Shown: positions 27,665 through 37,066, counted from the stretch's first letter. The stretch is DNA of 64,000 nt from a virus (IMGVR_UViG_3300025132_000022:32001-96000); one strand, 5' to 3'. A program made the numbers and translations. Notes: generated from the letters alone by a model not told the origin.

Positions 27665-28894
27665 TTAATCAGCAATATAACTAAATAGTATGTTTGCACC
27701 ATTTGCTGGCGCTTCTTCGAAAGTAACTGTTCTACTACTTAAAGTATAGTCGTTATCTGCTCCGACTCTCATCAATATTCCCTGGTTGAACACCATCAAA
27801 GTACCGTCAACAAACTGATCTGGTACAGTAAACTGCACTCTGTTGCCGTCTGCTGTTTCTGCTGGTACCTGGGCGACTTTATAGTTTGTCTTTGTCACAG
27901 CATCTGCGGAACTAACTCCACTCCCTCCCCCACTGCTTGCGCCGCTTGACACGGCAGATGTGGTCACTGCTCCTGGGTTCCTTCTTTGAGGATAATTAGC
28001 AATGTTGTCATCAATTCTGGATGTCAACAAGTCTGACTTTAATCCTTCCAGCCCGTACAATCTTCCATTGGCAGTATCTAGATCATCAGCAGTAACTATC
28101 CTCTCTCTTGGTATTTTGACCTCTACTATATTCTCTCTAATGGATAAATTTGGTTGCAATCGATTTGCACCCTCGCCTGTCAACCAACCAAGGACTTCAA
28201 TATTTATTTTAGTTTCAAACTTTCTCTCCTCGTTAGAGAAACTACTGATATTGTTGCTTTGTGAAAAACTTTCCTGAACGAATGCTTCGTATCTTAATCT
28301 GCCTTCTTCTATGATTACATAGTTTATGCCACCTGGTCTCGTTATGAACGGGGTGACGACCTGGTTCATTTGTTGTTGATACTCTGTTCTTAGTGTTATT
28401 TCATACTCGACTGTCACATAGACTGGCAGGGGTATCGTTAAAGTCTCATAGACTACTTTGCTGTTTTTGCGTGGAAAGTTTAGTTGCCCCGCTCGCTTCA
28501 TCATTGATGAGTTTGCAAAGTTGGCAGTCTTATCCTGCTTTATTCTCCTGGATACGGATATCGAACCTCCTCTAACTCTGTCAATTGGAGGAATGTTTGC
28601 ATAGACAGTTCCTTTGCGGGACGGATCCTTAGTTACATTGGTTCTCTCTATTGTTATGATCGGTAAAATTAGCGTTCCTTCGGCATCCCTGAATCTGCTG
28701 TCCTTCTTACTTAGAAACATTCTCTCAGCAGATGTCCAGACAACTGGCACTTTCTTGAACCCATTCGAAGTTATACACCTGATGTCCAACGTTTCGTTAA
28801 TAAACTTGTGCATCGCCAAATCTACAGTCTCAATCGTAGATGGAGGAAAGGGTATGTCTTCAATTCTGCGAGATTTTGTTACTGATAATACCAT
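27665..28894 (-). CDS. Tail terminator/completion protein (gp15-like), paralog 2 with C-terminal adaptor domain
   Basis: KKVPV...SAER, LILPIITIERT, P.PVYVTVEYEITLRTEYQQQMN; extra C-terminal DGNRVQF...DYTL...TFEEAP domain. Confidence 0.65.
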   Translation of the reverse strand: MVLSVTKSRRIEDIPFPPSTIETVDLAMHKFINETLDIRCITSNGFKKVPVVWTSAERMFLSKKDSRFRDAEGTLILPIITIERTNVTKDPSRKGTVYANIPPIDRVRGGSISVSRRIKQDKTANFANSSMMKRAGQLNFPRKNSKVVYETLTIPLPVYVTVEYEITLRTEYQQQMNQVVTPFITRPGGINYVIIEEGRLRYEAFVQESFSQSNNISSFSNEERKFETKINIEVLGWLTGEGANRLQPNLSIRENIVEVKIPRERIVTADDLDTANGRLYGLEGLKSDLLTSRIDDNIANYPQRRNPGAVTTSAVSSGASSGGGSGVSSADAVTKTNYKVAQVPAETADGNRVQFTVPDQFVDGTLMVFNQGILMRVGADNDYTLSSRTVTFEEAPANGANILFSYIAD

Positions 28895-28897
28895 GCC

Positions 28898-29743
28898 TTA
28901 CAACCCATACCTTGCCAACTCGTCAGGATCAACTATTGTCCTTTCTCTGGGTATCTTGACTTCTACCACTGTTTCGTTTATCGCCTTGTGTGGCGTTTCT
29001 TGATTTATGCCACTGCCGATCAAGTGTCCCAAAACTTTTATGTCGAATTTGGTCTCAAACTTTCTTTCCTCGTTGGAGAAGTTGCTTATGTTATTCTCAT
29101 GAGAATACTCCTGCTGAATAAACCCTTCGTACCTGTGGTTCTGATCTCTGATAATTATGTAGTTTATGCCGCCTGGAACTGTCATAAAGGGTACCACAAG
29201 GTCGTTCATTTGCTGCTGGTACTCCGTTCTAATGGTGATTTGATACATCACCGTAATGTAGATTGGCAACGGAATAGAGACCGTCTTATACACGGTTTTT
29301 TCAGTTTTATCTGGAAAGTTTAGTTGTCCCCTTTTTCGCAAAGCATGAGCGTTTTTATAATTCGAGGTCTTACCTTGAACGATTTTCTGCATAACTGGAA
29401 TCGTGCCACCCTTAACCTGGTCGGTTGATGGGATGTTTGCCCAAACGGTCCCCTTTTCGTTAGGACTCTTGATCATCGAAGTCCTCTCTATCGTCATGAT
29501 GGGCATAATCAGTGCGCCTTCATCGTCTCTAACTCTATTGTCTTTCTTGCTGAGTGCTGATCTTTCCGCTGAGACCATTAGGACTGGGACTTTTTTCATG
29601 CCGCTGGGACTATTCGTGTGCAAATTCATCTGTTCGTCCACAAACTTATACATCGCAGCGTCTATGTTCTCTATCCTAGAGTCAAACACTCGCTTTCCTT
29701 CGTATTCATTTAACGGTTTGCTAAAAGGTTTATGACGTTCCAT
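28898..29743 (-). CDS. Tail terminator/completion protein (gp15-like), paralog 1
   Basis: Same motifs as 27665-28894; position after the neck genes. Confidence 0.65.
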   Translation of the reverse strand: MERHKPFSKPLNEYEGKRVFDSRIENIDAAMYKFVDEQMNLHTNSPSGMKKVPVLMVSAERSALSKKDNRVRDDEGALIMPIMTIERTSMIKSPNEKGTVWANIPSTDQVKGGTIPVMQKIVQGKTSNYKNAHALRKRGQLNFPDKTEKTVYKTVSIPLPIYITVMYQITIRTEYQQQMNDLVVPFMTVPGGINYIIIRDQNHRYEGFIQQEYSHENNISNFSNEERKFETKFDIKVLGHLIGSGINQETPHKAINETVVEVKIPRERTIVDPDELARYGL

Positions 29744-30221
29744 TGAATAGTCCCTCTCTCGCCTTTATGCACTCTGCGGTTATCTCCATCATGTGCTCTC
29801 TTTGACCAAAAATCTGCCTTGGTTCGTTCAAGGTCGCAATCTCATAATACGTTTCGCCATATAGGACGAAATCACCCTCCCTAACAAACAAGTTCTGATC
29901 TTCGGTCAGTCTTCTCTTATGAAAGTGGACCATGATCTTTGATTTTCTATCTACCCCAAGATTGGTTGTCTCTGTCTCGTAACCTTGCCACTCCACAAGA
30001 GCGTGAACCATGATTGGATTTAAAAAAGTCTTGTTCAGTGCTTCGCCATAGATGGGATGAAAGTTGGTCTCTTCAATGGAAACGGGATAGTAGACAATCT
30101 GCTGCCCAATCACTCTTTCGACGACTTCGTCACTAACCTGCTTTACAAGATCGCGTTCTTTTTTACCCGTAAAAAGAGGTGGTGGTGGTGCGTCTGGTTG
30201 GTTCCATTTGTTATCACCCAT
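29730..30221 (-). CDS. Neck/head closure protein (gp14-like)
   Basis: ERVIGQQIVYYP, IYGEA, VREGDFVLY; position after the gp13-like gene. Confidence 0.7.
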   Translation of the reverse strand: MGDNKWNQPDAPPPPLFTGKKERDLVKQVSDEVVERVIGQQIVYYPVSIEETNFHPIYGEALNKTFLNPIMVHALVEWQGYETETTNLGVDRKSKIMVHFHKRRLTEDQNLFVREGDFVLYGETYYEIATLNEPRQIFGQREHMMEITAECIKAREGLFNGTS

Positions 30222-30227
30222 ACTTTA

Positions 30228-31481
30228 TCACCCCACGTATACCGAATATGGTATCCTTTGTAAAACTTTTTCTGATGCGTCAACTGCTGCTGCTTCTTGT
30301 TCCGCTATCTTCTGATAGGTTAATTCAGCGAGTGTAGACTTCAACTCTTCTCTAAGTGAGTTCTGCTCTTCTTTTCCTTGCGATACTAGGTCTGAACCAT
30401 TTAGTGTCACACTGTCACCTGGAATCGGTAATGATGCAAATTTCGACCTAACCTGTCCCAAGGTTTCCTTGGATAGCGCCAGTGCAAACCTTCTAATCCA
30501 TTGCTTACCTATCGAATTTATAGTATCGTACGGCAAATTAGAGAATGGCAATGTATTCATGTTGTTGACGCCTTCCAACTCACCTCGACCATTGCTGTCA
30601 TCCTCTAGGTTTGACGAAGGCACAGAGAACTCAACCCACATCTTCGTGGGTCCTCCAGAATACGGACATGGAAAAAGTCTTATTTTATTATTCCTTAACT
30701 CGTATGACCAGTGGGACATTCTAGTGTATATCGCATCCTCAAAAGCAAGCGCTTGAGACTTGTTTTGCCATGATGGTACAAGTTGAAAAGTGGAATCATC
30801 TGAAAATTGTCCATAATTGTGGAAATTACCAACCACATTCAGTCCGCCGTAGTACCCATAGAATCTCCACATTGCACTGGGCGTCTTGTAATACACTTTC
30901 TTGATCAGTACTCTTTTGCCATTGATCTTGCCAGTGTATGGTTTGCCCGTCTCAGAAGAAATTATGTCTTGTAAATCATAGTCCTGCTGTCCCACAGTGA
31001 CATCAAACGACGCGGAGTACTGTACGGAATCTTTAAGTCCTATCTCGGAACCCATCCTCTCTGACACTCTTCTTGACATACCGTAATCGAACTTTGGATA
31101 CTTAAGACTACCAGATGCTGCGCCAGAAGTTAATTCACCCTTGTGATCGAAGGTTCCCGTTGCATGACCCAAGAAACTGGGTAAGGCGTTGTTTGCCTGA
31201 TGTACATTGATAAGATATGAATACTCAAGCACCGCTTCTTCATATGAAGCGTAAATATTCCCGTCCGACAATTCAATATCTAAAACGTCGCCGCCTAATT
31301 TCTTATACGTATATGCAACCTGGTCTACTGCACCAGATACAAAATTGCCTGAAAAGAGCGTACTGGTGTTGTCAGAATAAATTTTATATGGTAATAGTCT
31401 GTTTACGTTACCGTGACTTCCAGTTTCTGGTAAGATGCTCTTACTAGAATTACTAGCAGGTCTCAAATTTGGTAAAGCCAT
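30228..31481 (-). CDS. Neck/head-tail adaptor protein (gp13-like)
   Basis: KKLGGDVLDIELS, WIRRFALALSKETLGQVRSKF, GDSVTLNG motifs. Confidence 0.82.
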   Translation of the reverse strand: MALPNLRPASNSSKSILPETGSHGNVNRLLPYKIYSDNTSTLFSGNFVSGAVDQVAYTYKKLGGDVLDIELSDGNIYASYEEAVLEYSYLINVHQANNALPSFLGHATGTFDHKGELTSGAASGSLKYPKFDYGMSRRVSERMGSEIGLKDSVQYSASFDVTVGQQDYDLQDIISSETGKPYTGKINGKRVLIKKVYYKTPSAMWRFYGYYGGLNVVGNFHNYGQFSDDSTFQLVPSWQNKSQALAFEDAIYTRMSHWSYELRNNKIRLFPCPYSGGPTKMWVEFSVPSSNLEDDSNGRGELEGVNNMNTLPFSNLPYDTINSIGKQWIRRFALALSKETLGQVRSKFASLPIPGDSVTLNGSDLVSQGKEEQNSLREELKSTLAELTYQKIAEQEAAAVDASEKVLQRIPYSVYVG

Positions 31482-31502
31482 TATTAGTCCTCCGTGCTTA
31501 AG

Positions 31503-31510
31503 TAAATAGT
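31503..31510 (-). promoter_or_regulatory. Putative late promoter ACTATTTA upstream of the neck operon
   Basis: Exact motif, intergenic, before a GGAGG SD. Confidence 0.7.
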
Positions 31511-31546
31511 CTCAAACTTAACAAAACGCTAGGACTTCAAATTTCT

Positions 31547-31945
31547 TTATGCTTCTGCAGTCTTCTTTGCGGACCTTTTTCTCGTAGTTGTTTTGCGAGC
31601 AGGGGTAGTGCTTTTGGTAGTCGTAGTTGTTTTTCTACGTCTAGTCTGTTTCTTCTTGGGAGGCGGCGGAGCAACTTCTTGCACCTCTGGTTCCTCTACT
31701 TGAAGAAGTTCTAGTTCTGGTTGTGGTTCCCAGGGTGGAGTAATTTCTTTCTTCTCCACTGCGGGTTCGTTTACAACAACCTGTACCTGCTCTTCCTCTT
31801 TAACTTCCTCACTGGTGTTCATGTCAATTGTAACAACACCATTTGTGACATTGTGGCGAGCATTAAAACCCAAAGTCTCCCTCTTGAGAGCATACTTTCT
31901 AGCATACTTGCCTTTCATCATTCTTTTTTTACGTTTACCCATCAT
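31547..31945 (-). CDS. Low-complexity protein with basic termini (histone H1-like tail) and acidic/Pro-rich middle
   Basis: SD AAGGAG; K/R-rich N- and C-termini, E/P-rich centre. Confidence 0.65.
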   Translation of the reverse strand: MMGKRKKRMMKGKYARKYALKRETLGFNARHNVTNGVVTIDMNTSEEVKEEEQVQVVVNEPAVEKKEITPPWEPQPELELLQVEEPEVQEVAPPPPKKKQTRRRKTTTTTKSTTPARKTTTRKRSAKKTAEA

Positions 31946-31995
31946 TAAACTCCTTTAACTAAAACGATCATACTATAACTAGGTTGAAAATATAG

Positions 31996-32026
31996 AAAAA
32001 CCCCCAACCAAATTGGAAGGGGGTTT
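31996..32026 (-). terminator. Intrinsic terminator after the 144-aa gene
   Basis: AAACCCCC...GGGGGTTTTT hairpin on the minus strand. Confidence 0.75.
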
Positions 32027-32046
32027 AAGACATCCTCTAAGTCCTA

Positions 32047-32481
32047 TTAGGATACGAGTGGTGCTGCAGCGATCGAGTTGACCGCTTCTGCGCCGCCGCT
32101 GGATCTAGACAGAAGTGCCCACCCAGATGCTGTCCAGATGCATGTAACCGTTTCACCAATGTTTGTCAATGTAAACGATGCCCATGCGCCTGCGGTGGTG
32201 GCTGGGGTAACCGATGCCGCGTTGGTTGCGTGCAAACCTACAAAGTACTTCAACTGTCCTACCGTAGTACCATCTGCCAATGTAACAGCCATTGTGTCAC
32301 CGTCCGAAGTTACCAAGGAAACTGGTACCGTTACGCTCGCAGCGCCTGCTGCTGTTATCGCTTCAGTACTTAGTGCCAAACTATTAACACCCGTTAGTCC
32401 TGCTCCACCCAAAGACAACTCTCTCTTTAAATTCTCAATTAACGCCTCGACTCTCGCGAGTCCTACTCTTTTTGTACCCAT
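32047..32481 (-). CDS. Putative capsid decoration/virion protein (144 aa)
   Basis: Directly after the major capsid gene with its own promoter variant (ACTAGTTA 32555-32562) and terminator; TLADGTTVGQLK beta-rich motif. Confidence 0.55.
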   Translation of the reverse strand: MGTKRVGLARVEALIENLKRELSLGGAGLTGVNSLALSTEAITAAGAASVTVPVSLVTSDGDTMAVTLADGTTVGQLKYFVGLHATNAASVTPATTAGAWASFTLTNIGETVTCIWTASGWALLSRSSGGAEAVNSIAAAPLVS

Positions 32482-32567
32482 ATCTATAACCCTCCATTGG
32501 TTTTACCATTTATAATCATGTCATGAAACTGGGTAGATTCATACCATTCTCAAATAACTAGTCTTAG

Positions 32568-32613
32568 AAAAAACGAAACCCCTGATCAAATTAATGACCA
32601 GGGGTTTTGTTTC
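32568..32613 (-). terminator. Intrinsic terminator after the major capsid gene
   Basis: AAACCCCTG...CAGGGGTTT stem with a T-tract on the minus strand. Confidence 0.8.
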
Positions 32614-32635
32614 TAATCGTTAAGATTGTTAACTA

Positions 32636-34462
32636 TTAGCTAGTCGCACCTGCTTCGCCAGTGAGACCTCTCACGATAACAAGACCATACATATCTGGTC
32701 TAACCATCTTCTTAGCGTAACGGGTCATAACACCCTTACGTGGTACGAAATCTTCCGTACCGAAAATGGTAGGCGTTACCTGCAATGGTACGTATGGAGC
32801 GTATACGAAACCGCTCTCAAGGAAAGAATTTCCTCTACGACCTACAAGAAGGATGTTCCTTGGGAAGTATGGATCTACCATAACGTCAAACTTCTTGCTG
32901 AGTGATCCTGTCTTAACAGCACCGATGTCACCACGGTCAGCGTCTGCCGTAACAGAAGCGCGGAAACCGCTTGTGAACTCAAGGATGTTAGCAACCTCTG
33001 GTGAACAAACAACAAAGTTTGCACCACCGCGAAGTGTCTTTCTGTGGATCTGAGCACTTACGTCATTGATTGTCTCAATGAGAGTCTCATACCACTCGCT
33101 AACGGTACCAGTGAAGTCTGGCGCTGCCGAAGAAGCACCAATCTCTGCACCAGCGGAGTTAACGAAAAGACCTGGAGCGCGTGACCAGTAACGAGTACCA
33201 GCCTTAGCACCTTGGATAAGGTCACCAAGAATTTCTTGGTCGATTTCAAGAGCAATTTGCTCTGAAAGAATACCAGTTAACTCGACCTCTGCGTCCAAGT
33301 TGTGATAAGCATTGAGGTCCTGACCTAACTCAGGGGTCCACTTCGCCTTCAACTTCTTGGTCTGAGCGGTAACAGCAATACTGTCTACCTTGATGTCGAT
33401 CTCTGCGATTCTTGAATCCTTTCCAAGTGAAGATCTGTTAGCGTTACCGTCAGCAGCGCCTTCCAATGGGAAGTCACTAGCAACAACAGCACCAAGACCA
33501 CTTGGAGAACCTGCTGCGCCAAAACTATCATTCAAAGGATAGTTAGCGACACCGATTTGATCCTTGCCAGCGCCTGCTTCAAGAGCAGTGCCTTCGAAGT
33601 CAATCGAAGCGGCAGCGGTATCAACAAGAACGATACGAATCGTAGTGCTATCAACCTTCTGCGTCAAACGACGAACATGCTTTGTCGTTGTTCTGAAGTC
33701 GTCTACACCGCCGATGTTGTCGTCAAAACCACGGATCTTGCCCGCAGCAACCTGCAACTCAATTGCATTAAGCGCGTCTTCATTAAGGTTTGAGAGTGAA
33801 TCAAAATCACAATCTAAAACCTGGACCTTGTACGTTGTGTTTGCAAGAAGATCTGCGTCATATCTTACCAACTTCTTCTCAGCGTCATCAAGAGCAGATA
33901 CCAACTTACCACCTGCGGCAAGTTGAATGGTCAGAATACCAAGACCTGCAGTATCCGCAGCATCGACAGAACCAGTTGCGTGCGTGTAACCAGTACCAAG
34001 GTCATAAAAACCACCAGCACCGTCTTGGGTAAGATCCTCATCAAGGTTAACACCATTGATCAAGTTACGACCTACGACGTTACCACCATAGATTGACTCA
34101 CCAGCGGTCATACCCGCAACATTGTCACTGTGGACAAAATCCAAGAAGAAGATAAGTCCACTTGGAAGACTCATAGGCTGAACGCTTACGAGTTCGTTTG
34201 CAATCAATCCACCGAATACACGACGGACGATTGGGAAAGCAACTGATGCGAAACCTTCGACATCACCTGCAGACATTGAGGATGCTTCACGGAGAAGCTC
34301 CTTTGCTTGGTTCTCAAGGAGAACCGCCATACCATTTTTCTGAGAATCGTTCGTAATACCCTCTAAAAGACCAGTCTTTTCCCACTTTTCAAGAAGTGCT
34401 TGACCTTCCTTAGAGACGTCACGTCGAACAATACCTTCAGTTAATTTTTCTAATACAGACAT
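32636..34462 (-). CDS. Major capsid protein (gp23-like, 608 aa)
   Basis: LLEKW..TGLLEG, AVLLENQ, PIVRRVF, VQPMSLPSGLIF, KLKAKWTPELGQDL.AYH.LDAEVEL, YAPYVPL, GVMTRY. Confidence 0.96.
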   Translation of the reverse strand: MSVLEKLTEGIVRRDVSKEGQALLEKWEKTGLLEGITNDSQKNGMAVLLENQAKELLREASSMSAGDVEGFASVAFPIVRRVFGGLIANELVSVQPMSLPSGLIFFLDFVHSDNVAGMTAGESIYGGNVVGRNLINGVNLDEDLTQDGAGGFYDLGTGYTHATGSVDAADTAGLGILTIQLAAGGKLVSALDDAEKKLVRYDADLLANTTYKVQVLDCDFDSLSNLNEDALNAIELQVAAGKIRGFDDNIGGVDDFRTTTKHVRRLTQKVDSTTIRIVLVDTAAASIDFEGTALEAGAGKDQIGVANYPLNDSFGAAGSPSGLGAVVASDFPLEGAADGNANRSSLGKDSRIAEIDIKVDSIAVTAQTKKLKAKWTPELGQDLNAYHNLDAEVELTGILSEQIALEIDQEILGDLIQGAKAGTRYWSRAPGLFVNSAGAEIGASSAAPDFTGTVSEWYETLIETINDVSAQIHRKTLRGGANFVVCSPEVANILEFTSGFRASVTADADRGDIGAVKTGSLSKKFDVMVDPYFPRNILLVGRRGNSFLESGFVYAPYVPLQVTPTIFGTEDFVPRKGVMTRYAKKMVRPDMYGLVIVRGLTGEAGATS

Positions 34463-34482
34463 TGTATTGTAACCTCCTAATA

Positions 34483-35556
34483 TTAATTTCTGTTTTTAAT
34501 TCCAGCTAATCGCTGCATTCTGTCAGCAAAAATATCTGCTGACGTGGTCTTTTTCTCTTCACGAGATCGGACCAATAAGCTAGATCTTCTATTAACTGCT
34601 TCACTCAGTGATTCTGGACTTTTTTCTTGTTGTTTAGTCTCCACTGTGTTTTGAAGGGTCTCATAGATAACCTTTGCTTGTTTTGCATCTTCGGCCTTAG
34701 CGATTGCTTCAACAATACTCTTTTTCTGTCGCTCATTCAGGGAGCCACAATCCAAAGTCCGATTGATATAAAGTAACTTTGCGTTTGATGTATTAACAGC
34801 ATCAAACTTTTCTTTCAATTGTACAATAGCAGATTTGTGAGCATCTAACTCACCTCCTAAAGTTTTATTCTCATTAACTAAATTTTCATTCTGTTTATTA
34901 AGGTTGTTGTTGGATTCTTCTAGTTTAGCAAGTGCAGATCTTAATGCTTCTGTTTCTTCCTTAACTTCATCGTCCTGCATTCTCGCGAGTTCCATCTCGA
35001 CTGCATGATCCACCTCTTCATTAGAGACTCCCATCCATCCACGCTTTTGTGGTTTCATGTCAACTTTAAGGGATTCCATAATTTCGTCAACAAAGATCTC
35101 TTCCAACTCTTCTTCTAGTTGGGTGAGAGTCTCAGTTGCCAAAGATTCAGCGTCTGCGGATGCGCCAATCTCGTCAGACATTCCTGCCGCGAGATCGTCA
35201 TGATCCTGCTTATCTGCCTGGAGCGAGTCCGAAGCAGAAATCCCCTCCTCCTCTTCAATTTCTTTAATTCTTTTCTCAATTGCGTCGAGGTCCAGTTCGA
35301 CCTGACCGCTTTCTGATGCTGGGATGTCATCCATCTTCTCTTCATCAGAGACGTCTGCAGTAGACTGCTCGCCGTCGTCGTCTGTGGGTTCTTCCATGCC
35401 TAGATCCAAACTATCCTCATCCTGTTCCAGTAAAACGGAAACAGCATCCTTAATCTGATCTGAGTACTTTTCAATAACCATTTGCTCTGCATTTTTAAGA
35501 GCGGCGTCTTTAAGCGCCTTTGCGTCAATAATTGCTTGTTCTAGAAGTGATGACAT
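34483..35556 (-). CDS. Prohead scaffold/core protein (gp22-like)
   Basis: Acidic coiled-coil directly upstream of the capsid gene; NAKLLY; ends RMQRLAGI; many LxE sites. Confidence 0.75.
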   Translation of the reverse strand: MSSLLEQAIIDAKALKDAALKNAEQMVIEKYSDQIKDAVSVLLEQDEDSLDLGMEEPTDDDGEQSTADVSDEEKMDDIPASESGQVELDLDAIEKRIKEIEEEEGISASDSLQADKQDHDDLAAGMSDEIGASADAESLATETLTQLEEELEEIFVDEIMESLKVDMKPQKRGWMGVSNEEVDHAVEMELARMQDDEVKEETEALRSALAKLEESNNNLNKQNENLVNENKTLGGELDAHKSAIVQLKEKFDAVNTSNAKLLYINRTLDCGSLNERQKKSIVEAIAKAEDAKQAKVIYETLQNTVETKQQEKSPESLSEAVNRRSSLLVRSREEKKTTSADIFADRMQRLAGIKNRN

Positions 35557-35589
35557 AATTTACCCCTTATATAAAAATATGTTCAATAA

Positions 35590-35597
35590 TAAATAGT
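35590..35597 (-). promoter_or_regulatory. Putative late promoter ACTATTTA upstream of scaffold-capsid
   Basis: Exact motif, intergenic. Confidence 0.7.
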
Positions 35598-35654
35598 GAA
35601 GGTGTTTTGTAAACACCTGAAATTTATTATACCACATTGTGGGTGTAGTTTTGT

Positions 35655-36632
35655 TTATTGTTGAGGATTAGTTCTCAAAGAGAAAAGTCCAGGAACCGTC
35701 ATTCTTTTTTGGGCCCAGGGAAGGTCATGTCTAATAAGGGATTTCAAACCACTGGATGCGACTCGCGTTATCGAACCGTTCACCGTGGTGAAGTGATTAT
35801 CCAGACCCGAATAGTCTTTGATCTGACCTCCAGCAGGATCATCGTCACACTTGTAATACCCAACGAGATCAGTGCCCTTGGCAAGGGTTCTATAATTCTG
35901 ATGTATGCGGCCGCCATTGTATATATTTGTTACATCAGCATCGGTGAAGGCGGAACCTCCAGTGGTGCCGACCCCAACGAGTTCGGCGGAAGAATGGTTA
36001 TAAAACAAAAAGTTTGACAGTTTCGCCTTTATATGTTGATGGTTGTCGGTGCTGAGATTGCCTAAATACTGGCTGGCGTTCATTATGCCGAGGTTGGTGT
36101 AGGCGTCGTTTGGAGATACAACAGCAGATCCCCAGGTTGATCCGTTTTTGTAAAACTGGACCTTTTCAGTATTATTGTTATCTGCTGTCTCAGGTGTGTA
36201 AGCCATCACAACGTGCACCCAGTTACCCTCTTCATCTTCAAAAAAATCCTTACCGCCCACTTGGGTGGTGATAAATTGATTCGACTCGTTGACATCTTCA
36301 TCACGCATGGATATTCCGAGTGTCTCGTTTCGGTACCACACATGAAGAGGATACCAAGAATTCCAAATAAACCTGTAAGTAGAATCGCTTGCTACATTGA
36401 GATTAATCCAAAAAGCAATGGTAAATGGGTGATCTGTATCGTGTGCCAATGAGGATATTTCAAAATCATTTTGATCTGAGGATCTGGAAGCGTAAGTGGT
36501 ATTAGTGCCACCAAAATTGAGTGCAGTTGGGTCTTCCACCTTTTCTATGAAGGTCTTCGTGCCTGGGTCCTCATTAACCTCGCGCTGATTGTCAACCACA
36601 AAATCAGGTCTTATGGTGTGTTGTCTTTTCAT
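35655..36632 (-). CDS. LamG/concanavalin A-like domain virion protein
   Basis: FTIAFWIN, WVHVVMAY, QFYKNG, VTNIYNGG, LVGYYK are typical of LamG_3; probable start MKRQHT. Confidence 0.75.
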   Translation of the reverse strand: MKRQHTIRPDFVVDNQREVNEDPGTKTFIEKVEDPTALNFGGTNTTYASRSSDQNDFEISSLAHDTDHPFTIAFWINLNVASDSTYRFIWNSWYPLHVWYRNETLGISMRDEDVNESNQFITTQVGGKDFFEDEEGNWVHVVMAYTPETADNNNTEKVQFYKNGSTWGSAVVSPNDAYTNLGIMNASQYLGNLSTDNHQHIKAKLSNFLFYNHSSAELVGVGTTGGSAFTDADVTNIYNGGRIHQNYRTLAKGTDLVGYYKCDDDPAGGQIKDYSGLDNHFTTVNGSITRVASSGLKSLIRHDLPWAQKRMTVPGLFSLRTNPQQ

Positions 36633-36634
36633 GA

Positions 36635-37066
36635 TTAGAAAGTAGAGGCAGCGGCGTAGCATCTAACATCCGCTGTTGTTCCAACAAACGCTACTCTATC
36701 TACTCCTGCAATCTCAAAAGTAACCAGTTCTCGACTTGCTGCGGTGTGAGTGTTTTCAGCAGCGCCAGTGTCAGGTGCTGTTACCGTTAGTGCAGTAGAT
36801 GCATCTCCTATCTTCGTAAGAGGTGCCCACTTTTGAAACGCATGATTGTATCCATATAAAGTAACAGTTAGTCCAGCACCAACATTCTTGTCTGTCACAA
36901 GAACATGAAGAAATCTTTGGTTCTCTGTTGCGTAACCGTCCGTAACAGCATCCAATGTTGCTACCAACACTACATCAACTTCACCGCCCTGTACTCCTGA
37001 TAGACTTTTGGGACCTCTTGTTCTGCCCCAACTTCTGTGTGTATGAAATCCCGATGTTATGCTCAT
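36635..37066 (-). CDS. Hypothetical virion-associated protein (143 aa)
   Basis: SD GGAG; promoter-like TATATTTA at 37083-37090; beta-rich. Confidence 0.65.
   Translation of the reverse strand: MSITSGFHTHRSWGRTRGPKSLSGVQGGEVDVVLVATLDAVTDGYATENQRFLHVLVTDKNVGAGLTVTLYGYNHAFQKWAPLTKIGDASTALTVTAPDTGAAENTHTAASRELVTFEIAGVDRVAFVGTTADVRCYAAASTF

Noticed and set aside
31600-31680. PPPPKKK...RRRK as a eukaryotic nuclear localisation signal
   Set aside because: The context is a bacteriophage with SD-led operons; low-complexity basic sequence explains it
32078-32515. Plus-strand 145-aa ORF overlapping the post-capsid gene
   Set aside because: Shadow of the minus-strand gene, which has the SD, promoter motif and terminator
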